From: Candidatus Zambryskibacteria bacterium RIFOXYD1_FULL_40_13
GTDB lineage: Bacteria; Patescibacteriota; Minisyncoccia; Phycocordibacterales; DATDWN01
Direction of reading: 5' to 3'
NCBI GenBank assembly: GCA_001824295.1
Contig: MHWY01000002.1
Location: forward strand, 73,354-137,353
DNA length: 64,000 nt
A program made the position numbers and the translations under genes. Under the pieces are notes generated by a model. The model had not been told where the DNA came from and ran no database searches. It was given only the letters and a program-made list of their open reading frames with translations. Below, in pieces: positions 38,014 to 48,444 of the stretch; positions within the stretch are counted from its first letter, which is position 1, and each line of letters opens with the position of its first letter.

Positions 38014-38694
38014 TTAATCTAACACCTCCTGTATCTTATCCAGCACCTTTTGTGAAGCCAAACGAAACTCGGGAACAGTTGGTTTTGGTGTAAATATCAA
38101 ATCGTTTTTGACTAGTGGCTTACATATTGTTATTACAACCTTTCGCCTAGAACAAAAATACTCTTTGAAAGACATTTTATACAGAGTGTTAATTGCTATC
38201 GGTAACACTGTTGCCCCAGTAGCATATACCATGTATCCAAGGCCACCATGAGCTTCCCCTATTTTTCCATCCACCGTAATCCTACCCTCTGGAAAAATAC
38301 AAATATTATTTCCTGATTTTAAAAGTGCCAGATGATCTTTTAACGAAATAGCATAGTTTTTGTAGCCTGAATAAACTGAAGAGCCGCCAAGTAAATCAAA
38401 AAATAATCCTCCATAAAAATAACTTCTAAAACCACTAATTCTTTCTTTGTATGTTTTTTTTGGAAATGTCGCAAAATATATTGGAAAAAATTTTGAAAAA
38501 ATGGGAAAAATAAGTGGTACGGCTGTTACATCAAGTTCACTGGTATGATTAGGTGCCAAAATAATTGGTCCATTTAAATTTAGTAAATTTTCTCTGCCAT
38601 TAATTTCTAGGTGTAAAAATATGTGATGCAAAATATAAAAAACAATATATCCTATTTTTTGCAAAATAAATGGTATGTAATAAAATTTCTTCAT
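38014..38694 (-). CDS. PlsC-family acyltransferase
   Basis: The product has NHTSELD (HX4D) and FPEGR motifs. Confidence 0.7.
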   Translation of the reverse strand: MKKFYYIPFILQKIGYIVFYILHHIFLHLEINGRENLLNLNGPIILAPNHTSELDVTAVPLIFPIFSKFFPIYFATFPKKTYKERISGFRSYFYGGLFFDLLGGSSVYSGYKNYAISLKDHLALLKSGNNICIFPEGRITVDGKIGEAHGGLGYMVYATGATVLPIAINTLYKMSFKEYFCSRRKVVITICKPLVKNDLIFTPKPTVPEFRLASQKVLDKIQEVLD

Positions 38695-38983
38695 TTTGTT
38701 CTTAATTAAGAAAAAACGCCCGCAAAAGGGACGCTTTTCTCTCTATTTAGGCCGATTCTGGGATTTCTAGCTCTAATAACAAAGTGGCGTCTCGTGTTTC
38801 CAAACGGGGTTCTATTTTTTCCTTACAAATAACCTCTTTTTTCAGATACTCTAACATTGGCTAATTTATAGCATTTTATTGAAAAAACATCAACTTTTTC
38901 GCATTAAGGCGAATACTTTTATTATACAAATAGTATTAAATTATGCTCATTATCCCAAAACATCCACTACTCCAAATAGTAAC

Positions 38984-39424
38984 TTAGTCATTCTTTATAA
39001 CATAGGCAATTGTAATGTGTGGGACAAAGACATTGTCTTGATACTCAGAGAAATGCGGAAACTCTAAAAGAGCATCATGAATCATGGCAAGCTTACCATC
39101 AGAGTCATTTATTTTTATAATTAGTATTTTGCATCCTGGTTGTTTTGTGTGAAAAGCGTCAAGACTTCCAAGTTGTAATTTACTAATTTGGAAATTAGCT
39201 AGATAATTGGAAATCATTTCGTGGTTTAGTTTGCTATCATTGATACCAAAAAATAAAGTCATATGGGCATCATTCGCAACATTTCCCCCTTCTTGTTTAT
39301 CGTTAATTTTCATTGTAAACAAATCCCCTTCCGGAATTTGTTTAGACCAATTAACCAGTCCTTGAATTACTTCAGGGATAAAATCTATTGTGACATAGCC
39401 AATTTTATGTTTTGTTTGCTTCAT
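38984..39424 (-). CDS. 2H phosphoesterase (LigT/cyclic-phosphodiesterase-like)
   Basis: The product has two H-x-T/S-x motifs (HMTLFF, HITIAY) with the appropriate spacing. Confidence 0.6.
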   Translation of the reverse strand: MKQTKHKIGYVTIDFIPEVIQGLVNWSKQIPEGDLFTMKINDKQEGGNVANDAHMTLFFGINDSKLNHEMISNYLANFQISKLQLGSLDAFHTKQPGCKILIIKINDSDGKLAMIHDALLEFPHFSEYQDNVFVPHITIAYVIKND

Positions 39425-39567
39425 ACAAATAGTTTATGACATAACTAAAACCTGGGGTGTATCGTTTGAATCACTTTTTGAGTACACGGTGTGGCCTCTT
39501 TTAGTTTCAATAACAAGCCTACCGTCATACTCGGGGTAATTATTTATTCAGATCCTAGGGTTTCTGA

Positions 39568-40191
39568 TTGATTATATTCAAAATAATGATAACATATTAT
39601 CAAATGAAAAATAAAAGGTTGCTATATATAATCCCAGCGCTTGGAGAGACAACAAGATCAAAAAATTATAGGGAAATAATTAAATCAGCAAAACAATCTG
39701 GACTTACAATAAAACCAATTACTATTGACTGGGACATAGATATGACAATGCCTGATTATATTGAGCAGGCTGATAAACAAATACCAGATAATATACCCAA
39801 TGACTTTATACTCGGCTTCTCTTTTGGCGCCTATATCGCTTCGATATTATCAATAAAAAAAAGGGCCAGAGGGTACATTTTTTGCTCAATCTCACCATAC
39901 TTTAAGGATGACATAAGATATATTCCAGACGAGAGTAAAAAATATTTTGGAAAAAAGATGATGGATAGTTTCAAAAAATATTCCTTTCCAAAAAAAACAT
40001 TTGGCCAGGCATGGTTTCTGGTGGGTGAAAAAGATTGGGATCTTGCGAAGAGCCGTGCAAGCAAGGCATATGCTATGTGGAATAAAGGAAAAACACTAAA
40101 AATCATAAAAGGTGCTGGTCATGAATTAACAGATTTGAATTATACGAATGCAATTAATTCTATAACAAAAAGGCTCCGGGATTTCTCCTAG
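39568..40191 (+). CDS. Alpha/beta hydrolase-like protein (start may be at MKNKRL, 39604)
   Basis: The product has GFSFG (GxSxG) and C-terminal GHEL. Confidence 0.5.
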   Translation: MIIFKIMITYYQMKNKRLLYIIPALGETTRSKNYREIIKSAKQSGLTIKPITIDWDIDMTMPDYIEQADKQIPDNIPNDFILGFSFGAYIASILSIKKRARGYIFCSISPYFKDDIRYIPDESKKYFGKKMMDSFKKYSFPKKTFGQAWFLVGEKDWDLAKSRASKAYAMWNKGKTLKIIKGAGHELTDLNYTNAINSITKRLRDFS

Positions 40192-40217
40192 AGCCTTGAG
40201 AGGAATAAGTCTACATT

Positions 40218-41486
40218 TCATTTTTTGGATGGAAGAATGATTTCAGTAAATGTCCATTCTGGGTTAAATACTTCTTTTGTAAAATTGATAATACCTTTGT
40301 ACGTCGTGGCTTTTACATTTATCAGCTCCTCAGATAGAGATGTAATTTTACCATACTTACTTTTTTCATTAATAGCGCCCTCAACAATATCCTCTGACAG
40401 AAGTTCCGCAGAGATTATTTGGTCTATTGTAACTTTTTTTAATACATTAAACCTCTTCTTATGTTTTCCTTTTTCTATTTCCTTGATAATAGTCCAAAAT
40501 TCTTTTTGGACTATCTCTATGTTTTTCTCATCAGTTTTTATATTCATAAATATCTCACTGAAATCCTTATGAAGCCAAGTCTTGACCGTCACTCCGTAAC
40601 AAAGACCTTTTTCAGTTCTCAATCGTTCATTTAACAAATCCCATATGAGTGACCTGAAGAGCGGTACAATTTGTGCCTTTTTCTCTGGTAACCAGTCTGT
40701 TGCCCTATAAATGGTTATCTCGACTTGTTCTTGTGGGTCTCCTATATCATCACTATTTACAACACTTTTTTTGTTTTTTGGTTTTTGAACTAATCCTTTT
40801 TCATATTCAGAAAAAATCCCTTCTGGGATATTATTTACAAAAACATCTACTAGCTTAAGGTCTTTCTCTTTTATTGCACCCGCGAGAAAGATACTCATAT
40901 TTTTTTTAACGTATTTTTCTTTGTGGTAGTTTTTAATATCTAGATGGGAAATTTTTGCAATTGTCTCTGGCCAACCTAGGGCACTAGAGACCCTGGAAAA
41001 ATTGTGTCCTGTATATAAATTTTCTAAATATTTTCTTGTATAGGCTAAAAATTTCTGGTTTTTGAATCTTTTCCATGCTTCTTGAGTTATTACTTTTCTT
41101 TCATGTTCAACATCTTTTGCTTTTAGAAGCGGATTAAAAATCATATCTTTCATGCCCACTAATACATCCTTGTAGTTCTCCGGTAGACACCTTAAATGAA
41201 AAACTGTTTGATAGAGGTTTGTGTATGCGTTCCATGAATTTAGTGCGTACTTTTTTGACCACTCTTTTTGTAGTTTTTTATTTTTTATTTTTTTTGATCC
41301 ATTAAATATCATATGCTCAAGATAATGAGACAAACCTTCTTTGCCGATTGGATCAATAAAAGCCCCAGTATTAAAAACCACATATACATTTATGCAGGGA
41401 GCCCAAGGAAGGTTTTTGTAATACACAGACACACCGCCAATCTCCTTCTTAGAAAAATCATATGGATCAAAGTTCTTTATGTGCAT
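40218..41486 (-). CDS. M16-family (insulinase-like) zinc peptidase
   Basis: The product has the inverted zinc motif HYLEHMIF (HxxEH). Confidence 0.8.
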   Translation of the reverse strand: MHIKNFDPYDFSKKEIGGVSVYYKNLPWAPCINVYVVFNTGAFIDPIGKEGLSHYLEHMIFNGSKKIKNKKLQKEWSKKYALNSWNAYTNLYQTVFHLRCLPENYKDVLVGMKDMIFNPLLKAKDVEHERKVITQEAWKRFKNQKFLAYTRKYLENLYTGHNFSRVSSALGWPETIAKISHLDIKNYHKEKYVKKNMSIFLAGAIKEKDLKLVDVFVNNIPEGIFSEYEKGLVQKPKNKKSVVNSDDIGDPQEQVEITIYRATDWLPEKKAQIVPLFRSLIWDLLNERLRTEKGLCYGVTVKTWLHKDFSEIFMNIKTDEKNIEIVQKEFWTIIKEIEKGKHKKRFNVLKKVTIDQIISAELLSEDIVEGAINEKSKYGKITSLSEELINVKATTYKGIINFTKEVFNPEWTFTEIILPSKK

Positions 41487-41500
41487 AATTTTATTGGTTA

Positions 41501-42166
41501 TTATTGTTTCAATTCTGAAACGGCTTTAATAATTTTATGTATGTCAGGAAAATTAACATCATATATTTCAGTTATTTTCTCTGTGTTACGTGGATTTCTT
41601 TGTAATTTCTGCCTTTCTGGAAAAAATCTATTTATGGTTAGGTCAACGATTCGTTCCTTTGTCCAGTGTTCTATATCATATTCCTCTATCAGCGGTTGAA
41701 TCGTCAAATGAACTATCTCATGCGCAATTGTATAATGTGCTGTATCTCCTCTATCAATATTTAATATGACTTTGCTTGGATAATGATAACTTCCTCCACC
41801 ACCATATCTTGTAAGCGAAATAAAATATTTATTCTGAATTGGCATTCCAAGAACCCTAAGATTTTCAAAAAAACCACTTTTTACAACATTCCAGGCTTTT
41901 TCTATTAAAACCCGAGTCTTTTCTAATTCTTCACCGCTGAATTCACAAGAAACTGCTTTCTCTATATCCTCATCCGTTATATCAGAAACATCTGGAAGTC
42001 TCATGGTTATTGCCTGTGGAAATTTTAGTTTGTACCCACGCTCCATGTACCATGCATATTTATCCAACGTAGTTCTCACTCTGCCAAACTCTTCAGAAAT
42101 CGAGTATAGAAAACTTAGTTCGGGGGTAGGCACTGCCTCCTGTGGTGTTAGGTCTTCAATTGTCAT
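41501..42166 (-). CDS. Putative HExxH metallopeptidase-like protein
   Basis: The product has TIAHEIVHL (HExxH). Otherwise it is unassigned. Confidence 0.45.
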   Translation of the reverse strand: MTIEDLTPQEAVPTPELSFLYSISEEFGRVRTTLDKYAWYMERGYKLKFPQAITMRLPDVSDITDEDIEKAVSCEFSGEELEKTRVLIEKAWNVVKSGFFENLRVLGMPIQNKYFISLTRYGGGGSYHYPSKVILNIDRGDTAHYTIAHEIVHLTIQPLIEEYDIEHWTKERIVDLTINRFFPERQKLQRNPRNTEKITEIYDVNFPDIHKIIKAVSELKQ

Positions 42167-42252
42167 ATTATTAATTTATATAAATATATCACGATAACAA
42201 ACTGTGGATAAGTCTTGACTTTACCCAATAATCAGCTATACTATCAATATCA

Positions 42253-42297
42253 TTATGAAAAAGACCCCTGTGTAGATACGTCTACACTGGGGGCTTT
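42253..42297 (-). terminator. Intrinsic terminator (gacccctgtgtaga...tctacactggggg flanked by A/T runs)
   Basis: A 12-bp stem with one mismatch lies downstream of the NYN gene. Confidence 0.55.
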
Positions 42298-42301
42298 TTC
42301 T

Positions 42302-42784
42302 TTATGCCTTGTTAGAAAATTTATGATACAGGTCATTAAGAAAGGTTATTTCTATGTTTTTATTTCTCAATAAAAATGAGCATTTATTTATGTCTGGTGC
42401 AATTATATTCCTTATTGACTTATTCTCTTGTAAAAATTCAACCAAACATCCAAAATCCCCATCTCCAGTTATTAGAATGCATGAGTTAAATGATTTTGTG
42501 TAGAAATCAGAAACAGCTTTTAATACTAGCTCTGCATCACAATTTCCTTTGATTTTTTCCCCGATCGAAACTGTTTGCTTGAAAACTAAAATATAACCAC
42601 ATTTTTGCAAATACTCATAGAATTTAGCCCTTCCTGGTACAAGCCCTATAAACAAATACACAAATTCGGGGTTGTATTTCTGACGAAGCCACCCACGAAA
42701 CTTCTTGTAATCAATTTCAAAACCTAACTCCTTGGCACTGCGATAAAGATTGTTTCCATCAATATAAATAATAGTTTTATTCAT
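42302..42784 (-). CDS. NYN-domain (LabA/YacP-like) ribonuclease-fold protein
   Basis: The product has IYIDGNNLY...ITGDGDF, the hallmark NYN/PIN-like acidic residues. Confidence 0.7.
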   Translation of the reverse strand: MNKTIIYIDGNNLYRSAKELGFEIDYKKFRGWLRQKYNPEFVYLFIGLVPGRAKFYEYLQKCGYILVFKQTVSIGEKIKGNCDAELVLKAVSDFYTKSFNSCILITGDGDFGCLVEFLQENKSIRNIIAPDINKCSFLLRNKNIEITFLNDLYHKFSNKA

Positions 42785-42822
42785 ACAAAATATTTTACCA
42801 CAAATCAATATGAGGTAATTAA

Positions 42823-44067
42823 TTATTCAGATCTTAGTGCTTCTATTGGGTCCATTCTTGAGGCAGAACGAGCTGGAAAAACCCCAAAGAAAATACCTAT
42901 AGAAGCAGATACACCAAAGGCAAGTAAGACTGCGTAAATTGGTACGGAAAAAGTCCAGGTCATATTGGCATTTGTCGCGATTAGGGACACTACCCATCCC
43001 AGAAATGCTCCAAAAGCAATACCTATTATTCCACCAAAAACAGTTACCAAAACCGCCTCCATTAGAAATTCATTCATTATATCTCCCTCCCTGGCACCCA
43101 AAGCTTTTTTAAGGCCAATTTCTGCAGTACGCTCTGTCACAACAACATACATAATATTCATAATACCTACACCACCAACAATCAAAGAAATAGTTGCGAT
43201 TGCAATGAGAAGATAAGTGATTCCAGAAAAAATGGTATTGAATGTTGCCATGGCCTCATCCATGGTTTGAACACTGAAGTCATCTTTATATGGGTCAGTT
43301 ATATTATGGTTATCTCGTACCAAAATTTTTATTTGCTCTACGGTTGAATCGGCTTTGGTTATATCCGCCAACTGAATAATACCTATAGACATATAATCTA
43401 TACCCAATAATTTTTTTTGGGCAGTGGTGATTGGGATAAAGACGATGCCGTCTGTATCAGAAAGCGCTCCTTGTGATTCATACACTCCTATCACCTGAAA
43501 GTTCAAATTACCAAGTCGGAATAGTTTTCCAAGCGGGTCGTCTTGTCCAAACAAGTCCTCTGCGACCTTGCTACCAAGTATGGCAACGGTCGCGCCACTG
43601 CTATCTTCGGCCTCACTATATACCCTACCCTTTGCAAGTTCTGTTTTATCAAAATTAAAACGAGATGCTGACGAGGCATAATAGATTGTACTTTTTTTAT
43701 TACTTCTGTAGATAGCTAGAGCTTGGCCTGTAACTATTCCATAACTGTCAACAACATTCGGCAACTTTTCTATATCATCCAAATCCCTTTGTTTAAAACT
43801 TGTTATCGTAACACCACTGAAGGCAGAACTTATACTTTGTGAGTTTGAGGCCCTGTTCTTGGTTGTGGGAGGGACTTTGGTCTGAATAAATATTGTGTTG
43901 GTACCAAGAGTATCAACCTCGTTGTCTATAAGAGAGCGGAATCCTGCGCCAGCAGACAAAACTAGAATAACCGTACCAATACCAATAATAATACCAAGCA
44001 TTGTCAGGGCAGTTCGTCCGGGATTTGATTTAAGTGCTTTGATGGATTGTTTTAGTGCTGTAATCAT
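42823..44067 (-). CDS. ABC transporter permease, FtsX/MacB-like
   Basis: One N-terminal TM helix is followed by a large periplasmic domain and a C-terminal three-TM FtsX domain. Confidence 0.85.
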   Translation of the reverse strand: MITALKQSIKALKSNPGRTALTMLGIIIGIGTVILVLSAGAGFRSLIDNEVDTLGTNTIFIQTKVPPTTKNRASNSQSISSAFSGVTITSFKQRDLDDIEKLPNVVDSYGIVTGQALAIYRSNKKSTIYYASSASRFNFDKTELAKGRVYSEAEDSSGATVAILGSKVAEDLFGQDDPLGKLFRLGNLNFQVIGVYESQGALSDTDGIVFIPITTAQKKLLGIDYMSIGIIQLADITKADSTVEQIKILVRDNHNITDPYKDDFSVQTMDEAMATFNTIFSGITYLLIAIATISLIVGGVGIMNIMYVVVTERTAEIGLKKALGAREGDIMNEFLMEAVLVTVFGGIIGIAFGAFLGWVVSLIATNANMTWTFSVPIYAVLLAFGVSASIGIFFGVFPARSASRMDPIEALRSE

Positions 44068-44113
44068 AAATTTACTTTACTAACTTTATGGACTTTATAG
44101 ACTTTCGACTATT

Positions 44114-45385
44114 TTATTCGTACCTTAACGCCTCTATGGGGTCAAGTCTTGATGCTTTGAATGATGGATAAAGTCCAAATATAACTCCGGTCAAAATAGA
44201 AACACCCACGGCCAAGACTACAGAAGTAATAGAAATAACAAACTCCCAATCAAAATCCAGATACTGCATGAGCATAGCCATGAGATAGGAAACAATAACA
44301 CCAACGACAATTCCTATAAGCCCACCAATAGATGTAAGAATACTTGCCTCCAATATAAATTGTCGCATGATTACTCTGTTTGTAGCTCCAACGGCCTTTC
44401 TCAAACCAATCTCTCGTGTTCTCTCGGCAACAGTAACAAGCATAATATTGAGAATTCCAATACCGCCGACAATGAGAGCAACCGCGGCCATTGAGGTTAG
44501 AAACAAACTTAATGCTGATGTAATAGTGGTGAGCATCTCCACGGCACTTGCTTGGTTTCTCACGGTAAAATCTATATCGTCATCCGAAATGATATGGTGT
44601 CTCTGTTTCAACACCCTCGTTACATCATCAATTGTTTGATCAATATTATCCGCCGAATCCACTTTCAAACTAATGGCCTGTAAATGATGGATACCAAGAA
44701 GCTGTCCTTGTGCAATAGCTAGCGGAATAAATATTTGGTCATCTTGATCTTGAAAAAAAGCACTACCTCTGGGTGTTATCACGCCCACAATTCTAAGTGG
44801 TACACCACCAGCGTTTTCTTGTGAGGCACTTCTGACCTTGATGATTTGGCCAACTGGGTCAACGCCAGTGCCGTCAAACAAGGCACTACTTACCGTTGAA
44901 CCAAGTACCACGACATTGGCGGAACCATCTATATCTCCGGAATCCATAAACTGTCCCTCCTGCATTGTAAAGTTAACCACTTTTGGATACCCAGAATCAG
45001 TGCCAACAAAATTTGTATCAACGCTTTTGTTTTGCCAAGTCACAGTAGCCACACCGTTTACTACAGCACTTACACCAATAGCGTGCGGAACCTGAGAAGG
45101 AGAACGCAACGCTTCGGTATCAGCGTTAACAAGTGTAGTAATAATAACTCCGTAAACCTGCGCCGGTGGGCCCTTTGGATCACTTTTGCCAGGCTGAACA
45201 CTTAGGAGGTTTGAACCGAGTTTGTTTACTTGTCCCAAGACAAGCGACTGAGCGCCAGCCCCAAGTGAAATAATTATTATCACACCAGCAACACCGATGA
45301 CGATACCCAGCATAGTCAGAAATGACCGCCCTTTTCTTGCCAGAAGATTCCTTACCGTCATTTTAATTGTTGAGATAAAACCCAT
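44114..45385 (-). CDS. ABC transporter permease, FtsX/MacB-like (second paralogue)
   Basis: The product has the same architecture as the previous permease. Confidence 0.85.
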   Translation of the reverse strand: MGFISTIKMTVRNLLARKGRSFLTMLGIVIGVAGVIIIISLGAGAQSLVLGQVNKLGSNLLSVQPGKSDPKGPPAQVYGVIITTLVNADTEALRSPSQVPHAIGVSAVVNGVATVTWQNKSVDTNFVGTDSGYPKVVNFTMQEGQFMDSGDIDGSANVVVLGSTVSSALFDGTGVDPVGQIIKVRSASQENAGGVPLRIVGVITPRGSAFFQDQDDQIFIPLAIAQGQLLGIHHLQAISLKVDSADNIDQTIDDVTRVLKQRHHIISDDDIDFTVRNQASAVEMLTTITSALSLFLTSMAAVALIVGGIGILNIMLVTVAERTREIGLRKAVGATNRVIMRQFILEASILTSIGGLIGIVVGVIVSYLMAMLMQYLDFDWEFVISITSVVLAVGVSILTGVIFGLYPSFKASRLDPIEALRYE

Positions 45386-45419
45386 AGAATTAATTGCGAA
45401 GATAAACTTAGTCGAAATG

Positions 45420-46136
45420 CTATTTATTCAAAACCTTATCGGGGGTAGCAATCGTTCGTTTCAAAACTTTTTCATCACTGACAATCAAGCCATCTTTTAT
45501 GTGAATGATTCTCTTTGCGTGATTTGCCGTATCCTGCTCGTGAGTTACTAAAATGATTGTGTGTCCCTTATTATTAAGACTTTGAAGAATCTCCAATACT
45601 GCATTACCTGACCGCGAATCAAGGTTACCTGTTGGTTCGTCTGCAAAAATAACAGCGGGGTTACAGACAAGAGCACGTGCGATAGCAACCCTTTGCTTCT
45701 CCCCTCCAGATATTTGGTTTGTAAAAAAGTCCAAACGATGTGATAGACCTACGTCAGCCAAGGCTTTTTTGGCAAGGTCATCATGGTTTTTTTTCTTGCT
45801 ATATATGAGAGGTAATTTTACATTATCCAGTACTGTAGTTCGTGCAAGCAGGTTAAAGGACTGAAAAACGAAACCAATCCTTTCATTTCTAAGGTTAGCT
45901 AAGTAGTCTTTATCAAAATCCTTTGTATCACTGCCTTCAAATTTATATAAACCTCCAGTAGGACGGTCAAGAAAACTGAGTATATGCATAAGAGTAGACT
46001 TACCAGAACCTGATGGTCCCATGATAGCCACAAACTCTCCCTGTTCCATAATAAAATCCACTCCATGTAGTACAGGGGTTACTACTCCATCGTTTGTGTA
46101 ATCCTTCTGTAAATTTTCTACTTCAATAATAGGCAT
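45420..46136 (-). CDS. ABC transporter ATP-binding protein (MacB/LolD-type)
   Basis: The product has Walker [10 protein letters not shown], the signature ISGGEKQR and Walker [12 protein letters not shown]. Confidence 0.9.
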   Translation of the reverse strand: MPIIEVENLQKDYTNDGVVTPVLHGVDFIMEQGEFVAIMGPSGSGKSTLMHILSFLDRPTGGLYKFEGSDTKDFDKDYLANLRNERIGFVFQSFNLLARTTVLDNVKLPLIYSKKKNHDDLAKKALADVGLSHRLDFFTNQISGGEKQRVAIARALVCNPAVIFADEPTGNLDSRSGNAVLEILQSLNNKGHTIILVTHEQDTANHAKRIIHIKDGLIVSDEKVLKRTIATPDKVLNK

Positions 46137-46148
46137 AGAAGCAACTGG

Positions 46149-47741
46149 TTATTTCATGTATGTAATTACTTCCTGACCTTCGGTTAGCCCTGAAAGTATT
46201 TCTGTCAGTCCACTATCAGCCTCTAGTCCTGTCGTAACCTCAACTTCGTGAAATGTTTTGAGCTCTGGATTATCCACAACTTTAACAAACCTTTTACTTT
46301 CCTTATTTACAATCGCAGAAGACGGAACGGTCAATACTGCATCTTTTTCCGCAACCAGGATGGTCATATTTGCAGTCATTCCAGGTTTTATGTTTGGAAT
46401 ATTATCCAAGCTTCCTATAACCTTATAATTAACCACCCCAGAAACAACAGTTGAGGCTGGATTAACAACCAAGACCTTGCTTTGAAAATGTTCGAACGGT
46501 CCAAGCGCATCAAATGTGTTATCAATAACTTGTCCGACTTCGACAGAAGCGATGTCAGCTTCACTAACAAGAGCTTCGGCGTGAAGTTGCCCTATATTCT
46601 GTAATTTCATCACCTCTTTCATTGCCTGTGCCTGCTCACCAAGTTTAATATCCACTTTTGTAATAGTACCTGATGCTGGAGCACGAAGAACTGTATTACT
46701 AAGCGCCACTTGTGCAGAATCTAGCTGACCTTGAGCTGATAGAAGTTGTGCTTTCGCAATATCTAAATCTTCCTGTCTTGCAGGGGCCTTTTTCAAGGAA
46801 AGCGTAGCCTTAGCCTGGTTTAAGCTGGCCTCAGCAGTTTTGATTGCTTGTTTATATGTGATTATGGCAGTAGATAAAGAGTCAACAGTAGTTTTTCCTG
46901 TCACCACTGCTGACTGATAAGCCGTTACGGTTGTCTGACTTCCACTTGATGAAACCTGTGTATGTATAGACAACAAAGCAATAATATCAGTCAGGTGTTC
47001 ACTTATGGTCGTAAGGTAGGAAATAGAATTATCCGTCACTAAATCAAGATTGGTTTCACTAGCTGTTGAGATTTCAATAGGCCAGCGTGAAAGTAGTAAA
47101 TCTATTATCACGTGCTGATTATTAGCATCAATAACCATCTGTTGATTTGTCTGAACCGTACCGCTTATTTCGAACTGCGGAAAGCTCGATTGTGGATTAG
47201 AAAATAGATTATTTGTATTAGATATAATGACAGTATTCGCATTATTATATGCAGTCGTGAGTTGATTTAGGAGATTTTGTTTTGCATTAAGAAGTGCTGT
47301 CTCTGCTACATCAACACTAGCTTGGCTGACAGCCACATCCTGATCTGTCGCAGCAGAAAGAATCTTGTTGTAATTCGCCTCAGCTTGAGCAAAAGCCCCT
47401 TGTGCCGTCTTAAGACTAGCCAGTGCTATACCCTGATCCAAAACCGCCAGTGTTTGTCCAGCAAGGACAACACTACCCTCTTTTACATTAACTTGCCTTA
47501 CAACTCCACCACCCTGAAAACTTAAGCTCAAGTCTACGAGACTTACCACCTGGCCAGTTGTCAAAACAGTTTTCTTTATGTCTTGAATCTTTGCTGTATC
47601 GGTCTGAATATTACCATTTGAATCCCCACCCCCAAAAATCCAGAAACCAAGAAGTAACACTAGGACTATAATTGTAGTCCAAATAATTTTTTTCTTGGTA
47701 AAAAAGACTTTTATTTTTGAAATCATTGTAGAGGTATTCAT
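46149..47741 (-). CDS. HlyD/MacA-family periplasmic adaptor (membrane fusion protein)
   Basis: An N-terminal TM helix is followed by long coiled-coil/lipoyl/beta-barrel segments. It is the first structural gene of the efflux operon. Confidence 0.75.
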   Translation of the reverse strand: MNTSTMISKIKVFFTKKKIIWTTIIVLVLLLGFWIFGGGDSNGNIQTDTAKIQDIKKTVLTTGQVVSLVDLSLSFQGGGVVRQVNVKEGSVVLAGQTLAVLDQGIALASLKTAQGAFAQAEANYNKILSAATDQDVAVSQASVDVAETALLNAKQNLLNQLTTAYNNANTVIISNTNNLFSNPQSSFPQFEISGTVQTNQQMVIDANNQHVIIDLLLSRWPIEISTASETNLDLVTDNSISYLTTISEHLTDIIALLSIHTQVSSSGSQTTVTAYQSAVVTGKTTVDSLSTAIITYKQAIKTAEASLNQAKATLSLKKAPARQEDLDIAKAQLLSAQGQLDSAQVALSNTVLRAPASGTITKVDIKLGEQAQAMKEVMKLQNIGQLHAEALVSEADIASVEVGQVIDNTFDALGPFEHFQSKVLVVNPASTVVSGVVNYKVIGSLDNIPNIKPGMTANMTILVAEKDAVLTVPSSAIVNKESKRFVKVVDNPELKTFHEVEVTTGLEADSGLTEILSGLTEGQEVITYMK

Positions 47742-47819
47742 TTGTAGGAATTTATGTTGTTAAATTTAGTTACCAGCTGTGCATTATATCACGATTGGCG
47801 CTTGTTCTCAAATACGGCT

Positions 47820-48281
47820 TCACTTCAACCCCTTACAGTTAGACGCTGGTAAGTATCCAGCATTACGGGCTTCTTCTGTGGAGGCAAACTTAATCTGGTT
47901 TTCTGGTTTAATCATTTTGACAGTGCCACACCATGGAAAATAATATTTTTTGCCATTTTTTGAGCCGATGACTTCCCCATTATTCACTGTAGAATTGGGG
48001 CTAATTTGGGCCACATTCTGGGAAAGTGACTGCAATACTGCCCCCGTCTGAACATTAGCCACATATTCAATCTTTATTGGTTCGTGGTGTTCCTCAAGAG
48101 CTGAAAGCCTACCAAGGGCGAAGAAAATAATACCAGTGAGTATTATGACGAATAATACATAAAACGACTTTACCCGGTAGTGAATTTTGGCATCACTTAC
48201 TGTTTGCTCTGAAGGAGCAATGCCAAAATCTACTACCGGGTTGCTTTTTCTCCATAAATCCTTTATACTCATGAAGTTCAT
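47820..48281 (-). CDS. Hypothetical membrane-anchored protein with a C-terminal Cys-containing domain. A palindromic element lies in-frame in its N-terminal tail.
   Basis: The product has one TM helix and a C-terminus ...KYYFPWCG...GYLPASNC. No alternative in-frame start exists downstream of the palindromic element at 48173-48240. Confidence 0.5.
   Translation of the reverse strand: MNFMSIKDLWRKSNPVVDFGIAPSEQTVSDAKIHYRVKSFYVLFVIILTGIIFFALGRLSALEEHHEPIKIEYVANVQTGAVLQSLSQNVAQISPNSTVNNGEVIGSKNGKKYYFPWCGTVKMIKPENQIKFASTEEARNAGYLPASNCKGLK
48173..48240. repeat. Palindromic element copy 2 (CCCGGTAGTGAATTTTGGCAT ... ATGCCAAAATCTACTACCGGG), inside CDS 47820..48281
   Basis: The 21-bp inverted repeat has 2 mismatches and a 26-bp spacer containing the ttgctctgaaggagcaa hairpin. 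It is translated in-frame as the N-terminal tail of the host protein. Confidence 0.6.
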
Positions 48282-48350
48282 TTTACAGCATTTAGTGGGT
48301 ATTATAAAGGTCTATTTTAATCATTATCATACAGATTTACATAGTAGAAT

Positions 48351-48420
48351 TTCTAATTTCTAATTTCTAATCTCTAAACAATTTCTAATGTTTGAGAATT
48401 GAAAATTGAAAATTGAAAAT
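48351..48420. repeat. Two short tandem heptamer arrays (ATTTCTA x3-4, then AATTGAA x3) upstream of rpmA
   Basis: Read directly from the sequence: atttctaatttctaatttctaatctcta...gaattgaaaattgaaaattgaaaatttt. Confidence 0.6.
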
Positions 48421-48444
48421 TTTGTTTATGTAACCATAAACAAC

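Noticed and set aside
48351-48420. Possible CRISPR array
   Set aside because: The repeats are 7-mers in direct tandem with no spacers. No other repeat-spacer structure or cas genes are present in the window.
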